NCBI GenBank assembly: GCA_038522945.1
Contig: JBCBJV010000002.1
Location: 48,792 to 72,791, forward strand
Reading direction: 5' to 3'
Length of the DNA stretch: 24,000 nucleotides
Origin: Pseudomonadota bacterium
Lineage (GTDB): Bacteria; Pseudomonadota; Alphaproteobacteria; Caulobacterales; Parvularculaceae
Shown here: one piece after another, positions 1 through 8,426 of the stretch
Numbering within the stretch: the stretch's first letter is position 1
Layout: each line of letters begins with the position of its first letter
The notes under the pieces: generated by a model
What the model was told of the DNA's origin: nothing
What the model saw: only the letters and a program-made list of their open reading frames with translations
Databases searched by the model: none
Translations under genes and position numbers: made by a program

Positions 1-2081
1 GTACCTTGATCGTCAAGCTCTTGCAGGAGGGCATCCAAGTCGTCTGCGAGGCTGCCTTCTGCGTCGGCCAGGTCATCATTGGCTGTCTGACCAGATCGGG
101 ACCGGTCATAGGTTTCATTGGCAAGGCCGCGCTGGCGCCCGATCAGATCGGCAGCTTGACCGGCCATGCCGCCAGCGCCTTGTTGGCCCTCGCCGCCATC
201 TTCACCGCCGGGCTGTCCGCCCTGATTGCCAGGCATGCCGCCGCCCGATTGCCCCAGTTGCAGATTTTCGAGGATCGCTTCCAGGTCGTTAAGGGCCTGT
301 CGCGCCGCGCCTTGGGCGCCAGCTTCCGCCAGATCTCGAACGGAATCGAGCATAGCGTTCAAGTCTTCCATTCCGAGGGTCTCGCCTGGCCCTTGTACGC
401 TTGCTTCCCCTGGGCGAGAGGTCCCTGACTGAGCGAGGGCCTGGATGTACTGCTCCATGGCGGCGCGCAGTTCTTCCGTCAGCTGAGAAAGCTCTTCGTC
501 GCTTGCGCCATTTTCCAGAGCTTGCCGAAGGGCCTCCTTGGCTGCCTCCAGCCGCTGGCGGGCGAGTTCCAGCGCCTGGTCTTCCAGCTGCAGGGCCAGA
601 GGCCAAAAATCATCAACGGTCCCGGTGAAGTCGGTCTTGTCGTCCTTCATGACCTTCCACATGGCCGATCGTATGAGAAGGTAGTCTTTGGCACTGTCGT
701 AAAACCGGTCCGGCGCTAATGTCAGGGCACTGAGGGCCCACTCAACGGTTCGCCATTTGTCCCGGGCCGTTGCCAGGGTCTGGCGCTGTTCGACGACAGC
801 TTTAGCGAGGGGATTGTAAAAAGCGCGCTCCGGCAAGGTGAAGGTCACGGCCTCGGTCTGAGCACTTTGGCCGGCCCCATCGACGACCTTGATGAAGCCG
901 ATGACCTCCAGTCCGGCCCAGGGGTCTGCTTCCACATCAAGGTCAAAGGTGCGATTGCCGGAAGGACCGTTCGCCCCCTGAATACTGTAAGAGCGCACTT
1001 CCTCCAGGCTCTTCTCGTCAAAGCGCGGCATATCCAAACCGCGAGACTGTGTTGGCTCGATCTGCAAGAAGAGCTCGGTGCGCGCGATGCCATAATCGTC
1101 GGAGACGTCAAATGCGAGCGCCAGATAGCCATCGTCCGTGCGCGATGGGGTTTCCTCCCAAGCAACGGTGGGCAGTGCGTCGGCTTCGGCTAGGATCTGC
1201 CATTGGCCTTCCTGCGCGCCATTGCGGATCGACAAAACGCCGCTTTCAGCGATCTCCAATTGTTGCCGCCCGATGATTTCCGGATCAATTACGGGCTTTA
1301 AGCGGGATTCGTCGGCAACGCGGTAGCGGATCTTCACCCCGCGCCCGGACGCTGGTCCCTGGGCGAGGAGCGTGGAGCCGACAGGCAACCGCAAGGGACC
1401 GTTTTCCCGGGACTGAACATTGCCGGCGCGCACAAGATACTGGGGAGCGCGACCGGTATAGTCCGGCGGTTCAATCCAGATATCGACGAGCGCCGGGTCC
1501 CCCACAAACACCGCATCGGGATTAAACGTATGAAACAGCCGGTAGGGTGCATCGCGCCCAGCTGTGACCGCCGCGATCACCAGTAATCCAACGCAAGCAT
1601 AGCGCAGGCCGTGGGGATCCACCCGGTCGGCACTTGCCCGCGGGCCTTTGAGCTTCACCAGGCGTGCGCGTTCTGCCATCTCCTGCTGGTGTCGCTGCCA
1701 AAGAGCGGCTGCGACTTTGTCATCCGGGTCCGATGGCGCATCGTGGAGGCTGGTTAATGGATCATGGGCGAGGTGGCCGTCTTCTTCTACGCGAACCCGC
1801 GCAGCTGATCTGCCGGGGGGGCGCAAGAACCGCAAGGCTGTCCCAACCCCGAACACGGTTCCCACAAAGGCCAGCACCAAAATGGCCCAGTGAACCGCGG
1901 CGCCGGTGCGCTCAAATAGACCAAATTGGCCCAAGATCAGGACAACGACGATCGGTGCCAGGCCCAGAAGTAAAGCAGGCGCGATGCGTTCCCATAGCAT
2001 GACGCTCTGTGCGGCGGTGACTTTCGCCCCGACGAGGGGGCCGGCAGCAGAACGGGGAGTAGGGGGTGACGCGACTGACAT
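1..2081 (-). CDS. TIGR02302 / DUF4175-family alphaproteobacterial membrane protein with Gly/Gln-rich low-complexity region (3' end runs off the window)
   Basis: Absent from the ORF track because its stop lies beyond position 1. Hand translation of the minus strand from the ATG at 2081..2079 (in-frame TAA at 2096..2094 just upstream) stays open to the window edge. It begins MSVASPPTPRSAAGPLVGAK. Hydrophobic helices (LLLGLAPIVVVLILG, WAILVLAFVGTVFGVG, YACVGLLVIAAV) sit near the N-terminus. A helical stretch follows (EDQALELARQRLEAAKEALRQALENGASDEELSQLTEELRAAMEQY), then LGQSGGGMPGNQGGQPGGEDGGEGQQGAGGMAGQ. This architecture matches my recollection of the alpha-restricted TIGR02302 family (about 850 aa, N-terminal TM helices, Gln/Gly low complexity). 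Confidence 0.75.
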   Translation of the reverse strand, partial: MSVASPPTPRSAAGPLVGAKVTAAQSVMLWERIAPALLLGLAPIVVVLILGQFGLFERTGAAVHWAILVLAFVGTVFGVGTALRFLRPPGRSAARVRVEEDGHLAHDPLTSLHDAPSDPDDKVAAALWQRHQQEMAERARLVKLKGPRASADRVDPHGLRYACVGLLVIAAVTAGRDAPYRLFHTFNPDAVFVGDPALVDIWIEPPDYTGRAPQYLVRAGNVQSRENGPLRLPVGSTLLAQGPASGRGVKIRYRVADESRLKPVIDPEIIGRQQLEIAESGVLSIRNGAQEGQWQILAEADALPTVAWEETPSRTDDGYLALAFDVSDDYGIARTELFLQIEPTQSRGLDMPRFDEKSLEEVRSYSIQGANGPSGNRTFDLDVEADPWAGLEVIGFIKVVDGAGQSAQTEAVTFTLPERAFYNPLAKAVVEQRQTLATARDKWRTVEWALSALTLAPDRFYDSAKDYLLIRSAMWKVMKDDKTDFTGTVDDFWPLALQLEDQALELARQRLEAAKEALRQALENGASDEELSQLTEELRAAMEQYIQALAQSGTSRPGEASVQGPGETLGMEDLNAMLDSVRDLAEAGAQGAARQALNDLEAILENLQLGQSGGGMPGNQGGQPGGEDGGEGQQGAGGMAGQAADLIGRQRGLANETYDRSRSGQTANDDLADAEGSLADDLDALLQELDDQG

Positions 2082-2227
2082 GACTTTTGCAGTTTAGACG
2101 GCAAAGGGTGGACCGTCGATTGCAATAATTGCGCGTCAACCTCAAAAAAGGGTCAGCACCTCGCAAAAAACACCGTTAATGGGTGATTGAGCGGCGGGAC
2201 AAAGCCCGAAGAAGAAGGCGTTGAGAT

Positions 2228-2602
2228 TTGATTGGGTTTTTGGTTTCCGCTGAGCGCCGCCGCCAACTCGTTGTCGATGCATCGAAGTCGAGGGCCGAAC
2301 AGGGGTCCTTGGCGGCCGGGGTAGGGCTGGTTATTTTCTACAATCTGGTTGGCGTGCTCGACATTGTGTCGACGTCTCTCGCGATTGGCTTAGGGCTCGC
2401 GGAGGAAGCCAATCCGGTTTTGAAAGCGATCATGGACCATGCCGGGCCCGGATGGATCTGGGCGAAGATCCTCTTGCAGTCCGTCGTGAGCGCCATGGTG
2501 ATCTGGTTCCCGCACCGATTTGTCCTGACAGTGTTCGGTGCGGCAACGGTGATGAATGCGTGGGTGGTCTACAACAATTTTGTGATTATCGCTGCCGGCT
2601 GA
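2228..2602 (+). CDS. small multi-pass membrane protein, DUF5658-like
   Basis: 124-aa ORF with several hydrophobic helices and the motif GLGLAEEANPVLKAIM (E-x-N-P after the first helix), which I associate with DUF5658. The TTG start is uncertain. An in-frame TTG at 2309 preceded by AGGGG would give about 97 aa. Confidence 0.5.
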   Translation: MIGFLVSAERRRQLVVDASKSRAEQGSLAAGVGLVIFYNLVGVLDIVSTSLAIGLGLAEEANPVLKAIMDHAGPGWIWAKILLQSVVSAMVIWFPHRFVLTVFGAATVMNAWVVYNNFVIIAAG

Positions 2603-2638
2603 CAATCCCTAAACCGACAACTTTCAAATGGACCAGGT

Positions 2639-3367
2639 TTAGGCGGCTTGCTGACGAAAGCGCGCTCCAAAGAGCCCCGCGATCGCGGTCAGCATCAGCC
2701 ACGCGCCAGCTGGCACTGGGATCGGCGCTATGTCATCCATCCCCATATCGTCCATCATCATGCCATCCATCATCATACCATCCATGGACATATCGTCCGG
2801 AGGCATCATTGCGCCGCCGTCATCAATCAATGTGACCGTAAACGTGCCATCGGCGAAGTTTTGCTGAAACTGGCCAACCGATGATGGACTGAAAAAGAAG
2901 CTGTTCGTTTCTATGACGGCGTTGGGCCCTGCGACGCCAGGTTCGAATGGTGGCGAATCTGGATCGAAACTGAGTGCATAGAAAAGGGATCCGACGCACA
3001 CATTATTGCTATTGTTTGTCGCCAAAGCGAAACAGAACGCCGCATCGATAAATGAACCATCACTCGCAAACGTCGCGTCGCCAGCGGTAAAAGAATCAAC
3101 CTGCGCCCCATTCATTGCGGAAAAACTATCCGATACTAAAACTGCGTCGCCGATATCGAAGTCCGGTATCAATTCGACATCAGTCACCTGGAAGATGCCC
3201 GGCGTATCAGTTTCAATCGCATCAACGACGAACTCGACAAATTCGATTTCGGTTAGAATCCCGTCAGGGTCCTCAACGCCAGTATCATAACTGAGACGAA
3301 AGACTGCCGCGTGAGCCGGCATAGCCGATACAAAGCATGCCAAGATGGCGATGAAGAGATTTTTCAT
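2639..3367 (-). CDS. secreted protein of unknown family with Met/Asp-rich spacer and VPLPA/PEP-CTERM-like C-terminal sorting signal
   Basis: The track ORF (349 aa, to 3688) is trimmed to the ATG at 3367..3365, which follows GGGGGAA. This gives 242 aa. Signal peptide MKNLFIAILACFVSAMPAHA-AV. An acidic domain of about 190 aa. Spacer MMPPDDMSMDGMMMDGMMMDDMGMDD (2732..2809). C-terminal IPVPAGAWLMLTAIAGLFGARFRQQAA, i.e. motif + TM helix + basic cluster. Confidence 0.75.
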   Translation of the reverse strand: MKNLFIAILACFVSAMPAHAAVFRLSYDTGVEDPDGILTEIEFVEFVVDAIETDTPGIFQVTDVELIPDFDIGDAVLVSDSFSAMNGAQVDSFTAGDATFASDGSFIDAAFCFALATNNSNNVCVGSLFYALSFDPDSPPFEPGVAGPNAVIETNSFFFSPSSVGQFQQNFADGTFTVTLIDDGGAMMPPDDMSMDGMMMDGMMMDDMGMDDIAPIPVPAGAWLMLTAIAGLFGARFRQQAA

Positions 3368-3480
3368 GGTGTTCCCCCAAACTACAAACATGATTAACTT
3401 TTGATAATATTGCAAACATGTCAAATAAAAAGTGTAATTCAACTTAAGAAAAAAATTGGCCACATATTTCTTCTTTATAG
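3368..3480 (-). promoter_or_regulatory. AT-rich upstream region of the VPLPA/PEP-CTERM-like protein gene (probable promoter region)
   Basis: Hand count gives 24 G+C in the 100 nt 3381..3480, against GC-rich surroundings. There is a minus-strand TTGACA at 3424..3419, but no convincing -10 hexamer at 16-18 nt spacing. Confidence 0.35.
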
Positions 3481-3591
3481 AGAATTGCACAAGGCAATCG
3501 AGTATTGCCTGGCCGATTTGTCGTTTCCGCCTGGAGCCAGATAAAGGGCCGTCATCCGGCCAAAAATGTCGGCCTTGGCTCAGCCATGGGT

Positions 3592-3616
3592 GCGGCGGGG
3601 TCAACCTCCCCGCCGC
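3592..3616. other. perfect 9-bp GC-rich inverted repeat (hairpin) in a long noncoding region
   Basis: gcggcgggg - tcaacct - ccccgccgc. No U-tract follows on either strand. Confidence 0.8.
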
Positions 3617-3938
3617 TCTCCCCCATTGGATGTCGAAACACCAGGCCCATGCGACGCAAGCCCCACTTGTCTCTGACAATCCCGCCACGTGAAGCGCAGT
3701 TACTTCCTACGACGAGACCGACCCTAAACCTTGTATTTTCCGGCTCAAAGCGACTTTAACGCGATTTTTCGGCTCGAAAACGCGTAAAATTAACAACAGT
3801 TTATGGTGATCAGTGTCCGGTCGGCCGCGGCGAAGGCGTTCGGAAATTGCCAATCATCGTGGTTTTTCACAGAGCACAAACGCTCAATGCCGTTGACCGA
3901 CGTGTGCAAGAAAATGTCGATATTTTTCAAAATGAAAA

Positions 3939-4577
3939 TCAGTCGTCGTGTGACCAGGTAGTCTTGATACGGGAATTCTGGGGCCCCTCCGCAATGTAAG
4001 AGGCAATCAAGCGGTCGATCGCGTCCCGCATGACTTGGCTATGGTCCCGGGAAAACCTCAAGCTCGCCACAAAGCTCCAGTGGGCATGCATCATGGAAAC
4101 AAAAACAAATGAGAGTTCCTCACAGGACGGACCATCGAGGTCTGGATGGGCAATGGCCAGTTCATGGGCGATCACCTGGCCGAGCGTCATGTACTGGGCG
4201 CGCATCCGCTCTCTGACATTCTGTGAGCCAACCGAATAAGCGACCATGGCATCATAGGCTTCCAGATTGGCCGGCATTCGATCCTCAACAGCCAGATCAA
4301 ACAGGAAATCCATGAAGAAGCGAAGGCGCTCGACCTCGCCAACCTTCAAGACCCCGGCAACGAGGATCTCGCGGTAGACATTGCCGAGGTAGTCACTGAG
4401 GTCCGCCACGAGCGCATCAAGGTCTGTAAAGTAGTAACGCACCAACTGGCGCGACAGACCGGCCTCGTTGGCGACGCTCTCAAAAGAAAGTCGCTGCAGG
4501 CCTTTCTCGTTCAGAATTTTTGTCGCAGCCTGGAGAATTTCCTTCTTCCTGTCGGGCGACTTCTCCCCGTTCGTCAA
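3939..4577 (-). CDS. TetR/AcrR-family transcriptional regulator
   Basis: 212 aa. N-terminal HTH LSFESVANEAGLSRQLVRYYF, typical of TetR. TTG start at 4577 with GGAGAG ending 4 nt upstream. The gene starts 15 nt after the lysA stop on the same strand. Confidence 0.85.
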   Translation of the reverse strand: MTNGEKSPDRKKEILQAATKILNEKGLQRLSFESVANEAGLSRQLVRYYFTDLDALVADLSDYLGNVYREILVAGVLKVGEVERLRFFMDFLFDLAVEDRMPANLEAYDAMVAYSVGSQNVRERMRAQYMTLGQVIAHELAIAHPDLDGPSCEELSFVFVSMMHAHWSFVASLRFSRDHSQVMRDAIDRLIASYIAEGPQNSRIKTTWSHDD

Positions 4578-4592
4578 GGTACTCTCCGAGTA

Positions 4593-5861
4593 TCAGGTAG
4601 TGCTGGGAGCATCGGCTTCCAACGCGATCATTTCTTCAAAAGTAGGACGTTTACGGATTATACGAAAGTCTGAACCGGTGACAAGAGTTTCCGGTATAAG
4701 TGGCCGTGAATTGTATTGCGAGGCTTGAACCGCGCCGTAAGCACCAGCAGACATAATGGCGACAAGTGCCCCTTCTTCGAACGGCGGCAAGGGACGGGCC
4801 TTGGCGAGGCGGTCACCGGTCTCGCAAATGGGCCCAACCACATCCATAGGTCGAGCGACATCGTCTGTGTAGCGCTCTTCCACGGGCTGAATGTCGTGGA
4901 AAGCATCGTAGAGGGCCGGACGGATCAGGTCATTCATGGCCGCATCGACAATCAGGAACTCACCTTCTTGGCCCTGTTTGCGGTAAATGACTTTCGTGAC
5001 GAGAATCCCCGCATTGCCCGCGATCATGCGGCCGGGCTCGAAAATGAGCTGGACATCGAGTGGGTCAGCTATTTCCCGGATCATTTTGCCATAGTCTGCC
5101 GGGCTTGGGAGATGCTCATCACCTTCCCCGTACGGAATGCCGAGCCCGCCGCCGAGATCCACCCGCGAGATCTCATGGCCATCGCTGCGCAAGTTTCGCA
5201 CAAGGTCCGCGACCTTTTCAAAAGCAAGGCGAAAGGGCTCAAGGCTCGCGATCTGTGAGCCGATATGGACATCAACGCCTTTCACGTCGATGCCGGGTAG
5301 GTCGCGCGCCTTGGCATAGAGCCGGTGGGCCTCCGACCAGGGCACGCCGAACTTATCTTCCGCTTTGCCAGTGGAGATTTTCTCGTGCCCGCCCGCAGCA
5401 ACATTTGGATTGACACGGAAGGCAATCGGGGCGGTCGTACCCATGGAGATGGCCACGTCGTTTAGCGCAATTAGTTCGTTCTCTGATTCCACATTGAACT
5501 GATGAATGCCCTCGCCAAGGCCGAGCGCCAGTTCATCGCGGGTCTTACCAACACCGGAAAAGACAATTTTCGACGCGTCAATGCCGGCAAGGCGCGCGCG
5601 CTTCAGCTCGCCCGCGGAGACCACGTCCGCGCCCGCGCCCTCGCTTGCCAGCACCTTCAAGATAGAAATGTTCGAATTGGCTTTGACCGAAAAAGCAGTG
5701 AGAAGGTCGGCGCCTTCGAATGCCTCCTGGAAGACGCGTACATGACGGCGAAGGGTGGCTTCAGAATAGCAATAGAAAGGCGTGCCAACGGTTTGGGCCA
5801 GGTGGGCGAGGCCCACCCCCTCCGCATGCAGAATGCCGTCCTTGTAGTGAAAATGATGCAT
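4593..5861 (-). CDS. lysA: diaminopimelate decarboxylase
   Basis: 422 aa. PLP-lysine context FSVKANSN, plus GGGLGIPY and CETGD motifs. The N-terminus GTPFYCYSE and the length are typical of LysA. Confidence 0.95.
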   Translation of the reverse strand: MHHFHYKDGILHAEGVGLAHLAQTVGTPFYCYSEATLRRHVRVFQEAFEGADLLTAFSVKANSNISILKVLASEGAGADVVSAGELKRARLAGIDASKIVFSGVGKTRDELALGLGEGIHQFNVESENELIALNDVAISMGTTAPIAFRVNPNVAAGGHEKISTGKAEDKFGVPWSEAHRLYAKARDLPGIDVKGVDVHIGSQIASLEPFRLAFEKVADLVRNLRSDGHEISRVDLGGGLGIPYGEGDEHLPSPADYGKMIREIADPLDVQLIFEPGRMIAGNAGILVTKVIYRKQGQEGEFLIVDAAMNDLIRPALYDAFHDIQPVEERYTDDVARPMDVVGPICETGDRLAKARPLPPFEEGALVAIMSAGAYGAVQASQYNSRPLIPETLVTGSDFRIIRKRPTFEEMIALEADAPSTT

Positions 5862-5873
5862 CAGTCTTTGTGC

Positions 5874-6176
5874 CTAATCGAAGTTTGGATCGTCGAGGGG
5901 CTCAAACAATTCCTCGTAAGCCTCGTCCTCTTCGGTCTCAGCGTCATTGAGGGGCGGCTCGTCTTCGTCCGGTTCAGTTGCTGCCCCTTCCTCACTCTGA
6001 GCAGCGTCGCCAACCCCGTCACCCGTAACGTCACCCGTAACGTCACCGGCGACTTCTCCAGATGGGACCTCTCCAGATGGGCGCTCTTCCGGCACCCTTA
6101 GCGGGGCTTTCTTGCCGCACGCGGTCATTGGCGCTGTCAAGCCAAGTAGAACGAATACAATAATAATCCGTATCAT
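5874..6176 (-). CDS. small acidic lipoprotein, LptM/YifL(LppL)-like
   Basis: Trimmed to the ATG at 6176, giving [29 protein letters not shown]. That is a lipobox followed by C-G-x-K-x-P-L, resembling the YifL/LptM motif. Its position between argH and lysA is typical. The ATG overlaps the argH stop (ATGA at 6176..6173). The C-terminal half is Asp/Glu-rich. Confidence 0.6.
   Translation of the reverse strand: MIRIIIVFVLLGLTAPMTACGKKAPLRVPEERPSGEVPSGEVAGDVTGDVTGDGVGDAAQSEEGAATEPDEDEPPLNDAETEEDEAYEELFEPLDDPNFD
6018..6084 (-). repeat. short in-frame tandem repeats (3 x 12 bp, then 2 x 15 bp) inside the lipoprotein gene
   Basis: gtcacccgtaac, gtcacccgtaac, gtcaccggcgac (6018..6053), then tctccagatgggacc, tctccagatgggcgc (6055..6084). 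Together they encode [21 protein letters not shown]. Confidence 0.9.
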
Positions 6177-7594
6177 GAAAACCGCTCCGATAATCGGTTG
6201 AGCCATTGGGTTGCCTGGCGGGCGACAAGATCTGGGCTTGTGCCCCCATAGGAGGTGCGCGAGGCGACCGATGCCTCCACGGTGAGTACACCATATACCT
6301 GATCGGTGATGCCGTCATGGAAATGCTGAAGGACTTCCAGGGGCAAATCGGCCAGATGGCAGCGGCGCGCTTCTGCTTCAGCGACAATCGCCCCAGTCAC
6401 GTGATGGGCGTCGCGGAAAGCAAGGCCAAGATCGCGCACTAACCAGTCGGCAAGGTCCGTGGCTGTGGACGCCCCGTGGGTCGCGGCTGCTTTCATGGCG
6501 GCCTCATTGACATCCATGTCATCGACCATGCCGGTCATGGCAGCCAACACCAGCGAGAAATCATCGAACGCGATAAAAGTGCGCGCTTTGTCTTCCTGCA
6601 TATCTTTTGAATAGGCGAGCGGCAGGCCTTTCATCACCAGAACCAATGCCTGAAAGGCGCCGGCGAGCCCGCCCACCTTGGCCCGGCATAACTCGGCTGC
6701 ATCCGGATTTTTCTTTTGCGGCATGATCGAGGAGCCGGTGGCAAACCGATCACTGAACGTGATGAATCCAAAATGGGGGGAGGCCCACAGGACCATTTCC
6801 TCTGCAAGCCGCGACAAATGTGTGGCCGATATTGTCAGTGCCGAGAGCGCTTCCAGCGCAAAGTCCCGGGAAGAGACCGCGTCGAGGGAGTTTGCCATGG
6901 GCCTATTGAAGTCCAGCTCAGTTGCGGTGCGCATACGGTCGATGGGAAAGGACGTTCCCGCCAACGCAGCCGCGCCCAAGGGACATTCATTGAGCCGTTC
7001 GCGCGCGTCGAGGAACCGGCCGATGTCCCGCTCCAGCATCTCCACATAGGCAAGGCAGTGGTGGCCAAACGTGACCGGCTGGGCCGTCTGCAAGTGGGTG
7101 TAGCCTGGCATGATGGTGCCAGCATGGTCGCGGGTCTTGAGCGCCAGGACACCTTGCAACTCACTCATGGCGCTGACGGTCTCGTCGAGCCGTGTGCGCA
7201 GCCAGAGCCGGAAATCCGTCGCCACTTGATCATTACGGGATCTTGCCGTGTGAAGCCGCCCGGCTGCCTCCCCGATCAGCTCTTTCAGGCGCGCCTCAAT
7301 GTTCATGTGGATGTCTTCAAGGGCCTCGGTAAAGACAAACGTCCCGGACTCGATTTCGCCCGCGATCTGGGCAAGCCCGATTTCGATGGCGGCTGCGTCC
7401 TCCGCGCTGATGATGCCTTGCGCCGCCAACATGCCGGCATGGGCCAGTGATCCTGCGATGTCTTCGCGCCACAGGCGCTGGTCGACACCGATGGAGGCAT
7501 TGATCGCGGTCATAATTTCATCTGGCGCGACGCTAAACCGCCCACCCCAGATTTGGCTTTTCTCGTTGGGAGGCCTATCTCCGGTGTCCGACAT
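6173..7594 (-). CDS. argH: argininosuccinate lyase
   Basis: The track ORF is 574 aa, but its first 101 codons are Arg-rich and overlap tlpA. The ATG at 7594 gives 473 aa starting [20 protein letters not shown]. Fumarate-lyase signature [12 protein letters not shown] is present. Confidence 0.95.
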   Translation of the reverse strand: MSDTGDRPPNEKSQIWGGRFSVAPDEIMTAINASIGVDQRLWREDIAGSLAHAGMLAAQGIISAEDAAAIEIGLAQIAGEIESGTFVFTEALEDIHMNIEARLKELIGEAAGRLHTARSRNDQVATDFRLWLRTRLDETVSAMSELQGVLALKTRDHAGTIMPGYTHLQTAQPVTFGHHCLAYVEMLERDIGRFLDARERLNECPLGAAALAGTSFPIDRMRTATELDFNRPMANSLDAVSSRDFALEALSALTISATHLSRLAEEMVLWASPHFGFITFSDRFATGSSIMPQKKNPDAAELCRAKVGGLAGAFQALVLVMKGLPLAYSKDMQEDKARTFIAFDDFSLVLAAMTGMVDDMDVNEAAMKAAATHGASTATDLADWLVRDLGLAFRDAHHVTGAIVAEAEARRCHLADLPLEVLQHFHDGITDQVYGVLTVEASVASRTSYGGTSPDLVARQATQWLNRLSERFS

Positions 7595-7626
7595 TATGGG
7601 CTTTTCCGTTTCGGTTAGGATGAACG

Positions 7627-8310
7627 ATGCGCCAGTTTTTGACACCGCGGTTGTGGATTTTCGTCTGGGGCGGCATTGGCGCGCTCTTTGTTGTGTATGT
7701 GATGATCGCCTCCGCCGTCCAGAGCGAGGGTCGCCCTGGCGCTGAGGCAGACGCGAGCGATGTCGGTGCCCGGCGCCAAGCGGCCGCCCTTTCCGCCAGC
7801 AATTCCGGCGACCTTCTCGTGGGCGAAATGGCTGATTTCGAGCTTGCCTTTCCGGGTAAGACCGCGCCAGACGCGGTTTTCCAGATCGACGGGACAAACG
7901 GCGCTGAGGCGGTTGAGACCAATTTGGATGCCTTCAAGGGCAAAACGGTGCTGGTGAACTTCTGGGCAACCTGGTGCGCGCCATGCCTGCGGGAGCTTCC
8001 CTCGCTTGACGCGTTGCAACGCGAGCTGGGCGGCGAGGCGTTCGAAGTGCTTGCCGTTGCCGCTGATCCCAAAGGCCCCGACGCGGCTGCTGATTTCTTG
8101 GAAAAGCTGGAGATTGAGAACCTCACCCTTTACGCCGACCCCAAATTGAGGCTCGCGACCTCAATTGGCGGGCAAGCGGTCTTGCCGATTTCAATTCTTT
8201 ACAACGCCAACGGTGACGAGGTCGGTCGTCTGGTGGGTGAAGCTGACTGGGCAAGCGATGACGCCAAGCGGCTTATCCGTGCGGTGATCCGCGAGGGTGA
8301 AAACAGCTAG
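7627..8310 (+). CDS. tlpA: TlpA-family membrane-anchored thiol:disulfide oxidoreductase (thioredoxin fold)
   Basis: 227 aa. N-terminal TM helix [20 protein letters not shown]. Thioredoxin motif [20 protein letters not shown] lies upstream of the ATG. The gene is divergent from argH. Confidence 0.8.
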   Translation: MRQFLTPRLWIFVWGGIGALFVVYVMIASAVQSEGRPGAEADASDVGARRQAAALSASNSGDLLVGEMADFELAFPGKTAPDAVFQIDGTNGAEAVETNLDAFKGKTVLVNFWATWCAPCLRELPSLDALQRELGGEAFEVLAVAADPKGPDAAADFLEKLEIENLTLYADPKLRLATSIGGQAVLPISILYNANGDEVGRLVGEADWASDDAKRLIRAVIREGENS

Positions 8311-8378
8311 CGGCAGAAGCTGAGAGCGCGCTTTTCTCGGCTTTGTGCGCGGAGAGGGCACGCTGAGAGAGCCTTGGC

Positions 8379-8426
8379 GCGCGAAAACCCTTGTGTGCGA
8401 AAACCTTTGTGCGCAAAAACCGGGGG
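8379..8426. repeat. 3 x 16-nt degenerate tandem repeat with A-tracts, intergenic
   Basis: Units gcgcgaaaacccttgt, gtgcgaaaacctttgt (14/16 identical to the first) and gcgcaaaaaccggggg (11/16). A related ctttgtgcgcgg lies at 8341. Confidence 0.85.

Noticed and set aside
1815-1821. G7 homopolymer inside the TIGR02302-like gene, and a T7 run at 10612..10618 inside the ParA-like gene, considered as phase-variation tracts
   Set aside because: The runs are short, both reading frames are intact, and nothing in the context suggests contingency loci.
3368-3688. 107-codon upstream extension of the 2639 ORF, plus the plus-strand ORFs 3456..3692 and 3505..3759
   Set aside because: The extension runs through the 24% GC block and is not protein-like. 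A clear signal peptide starts at the ATG at 3367 with an SD. The plus-strand ORFs are Pro/Arg/Ser-rich with no start context.
3803-3961. 52-aa plus-strand small ORF (MVISVRSAAAKAFGNC...) overlapping the TetR 3' end
   Set aside because: It has no Shine-Dalgarno sequence and no recognisable features, and it overlaps the TetR gene antisense. It is probably fortuitous.
6716-7450. 244-aa plus-strand ORF. The same applies to 7575..8126 minus and 5502..6101 plus.
   Set aside because: These are antisense to argH, tlpA and lysA respectively. They have no motifs, and the composition is typical of GC-rich shadow frames.
7595-7897. 101-codon N-terminal extension of the argH ORF
   Set aside because: The extension is extremely Arg-rich and overlaps tlpA. 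ArgH homology begins at MSDTGD...GGRF, from the ATG at 7594.
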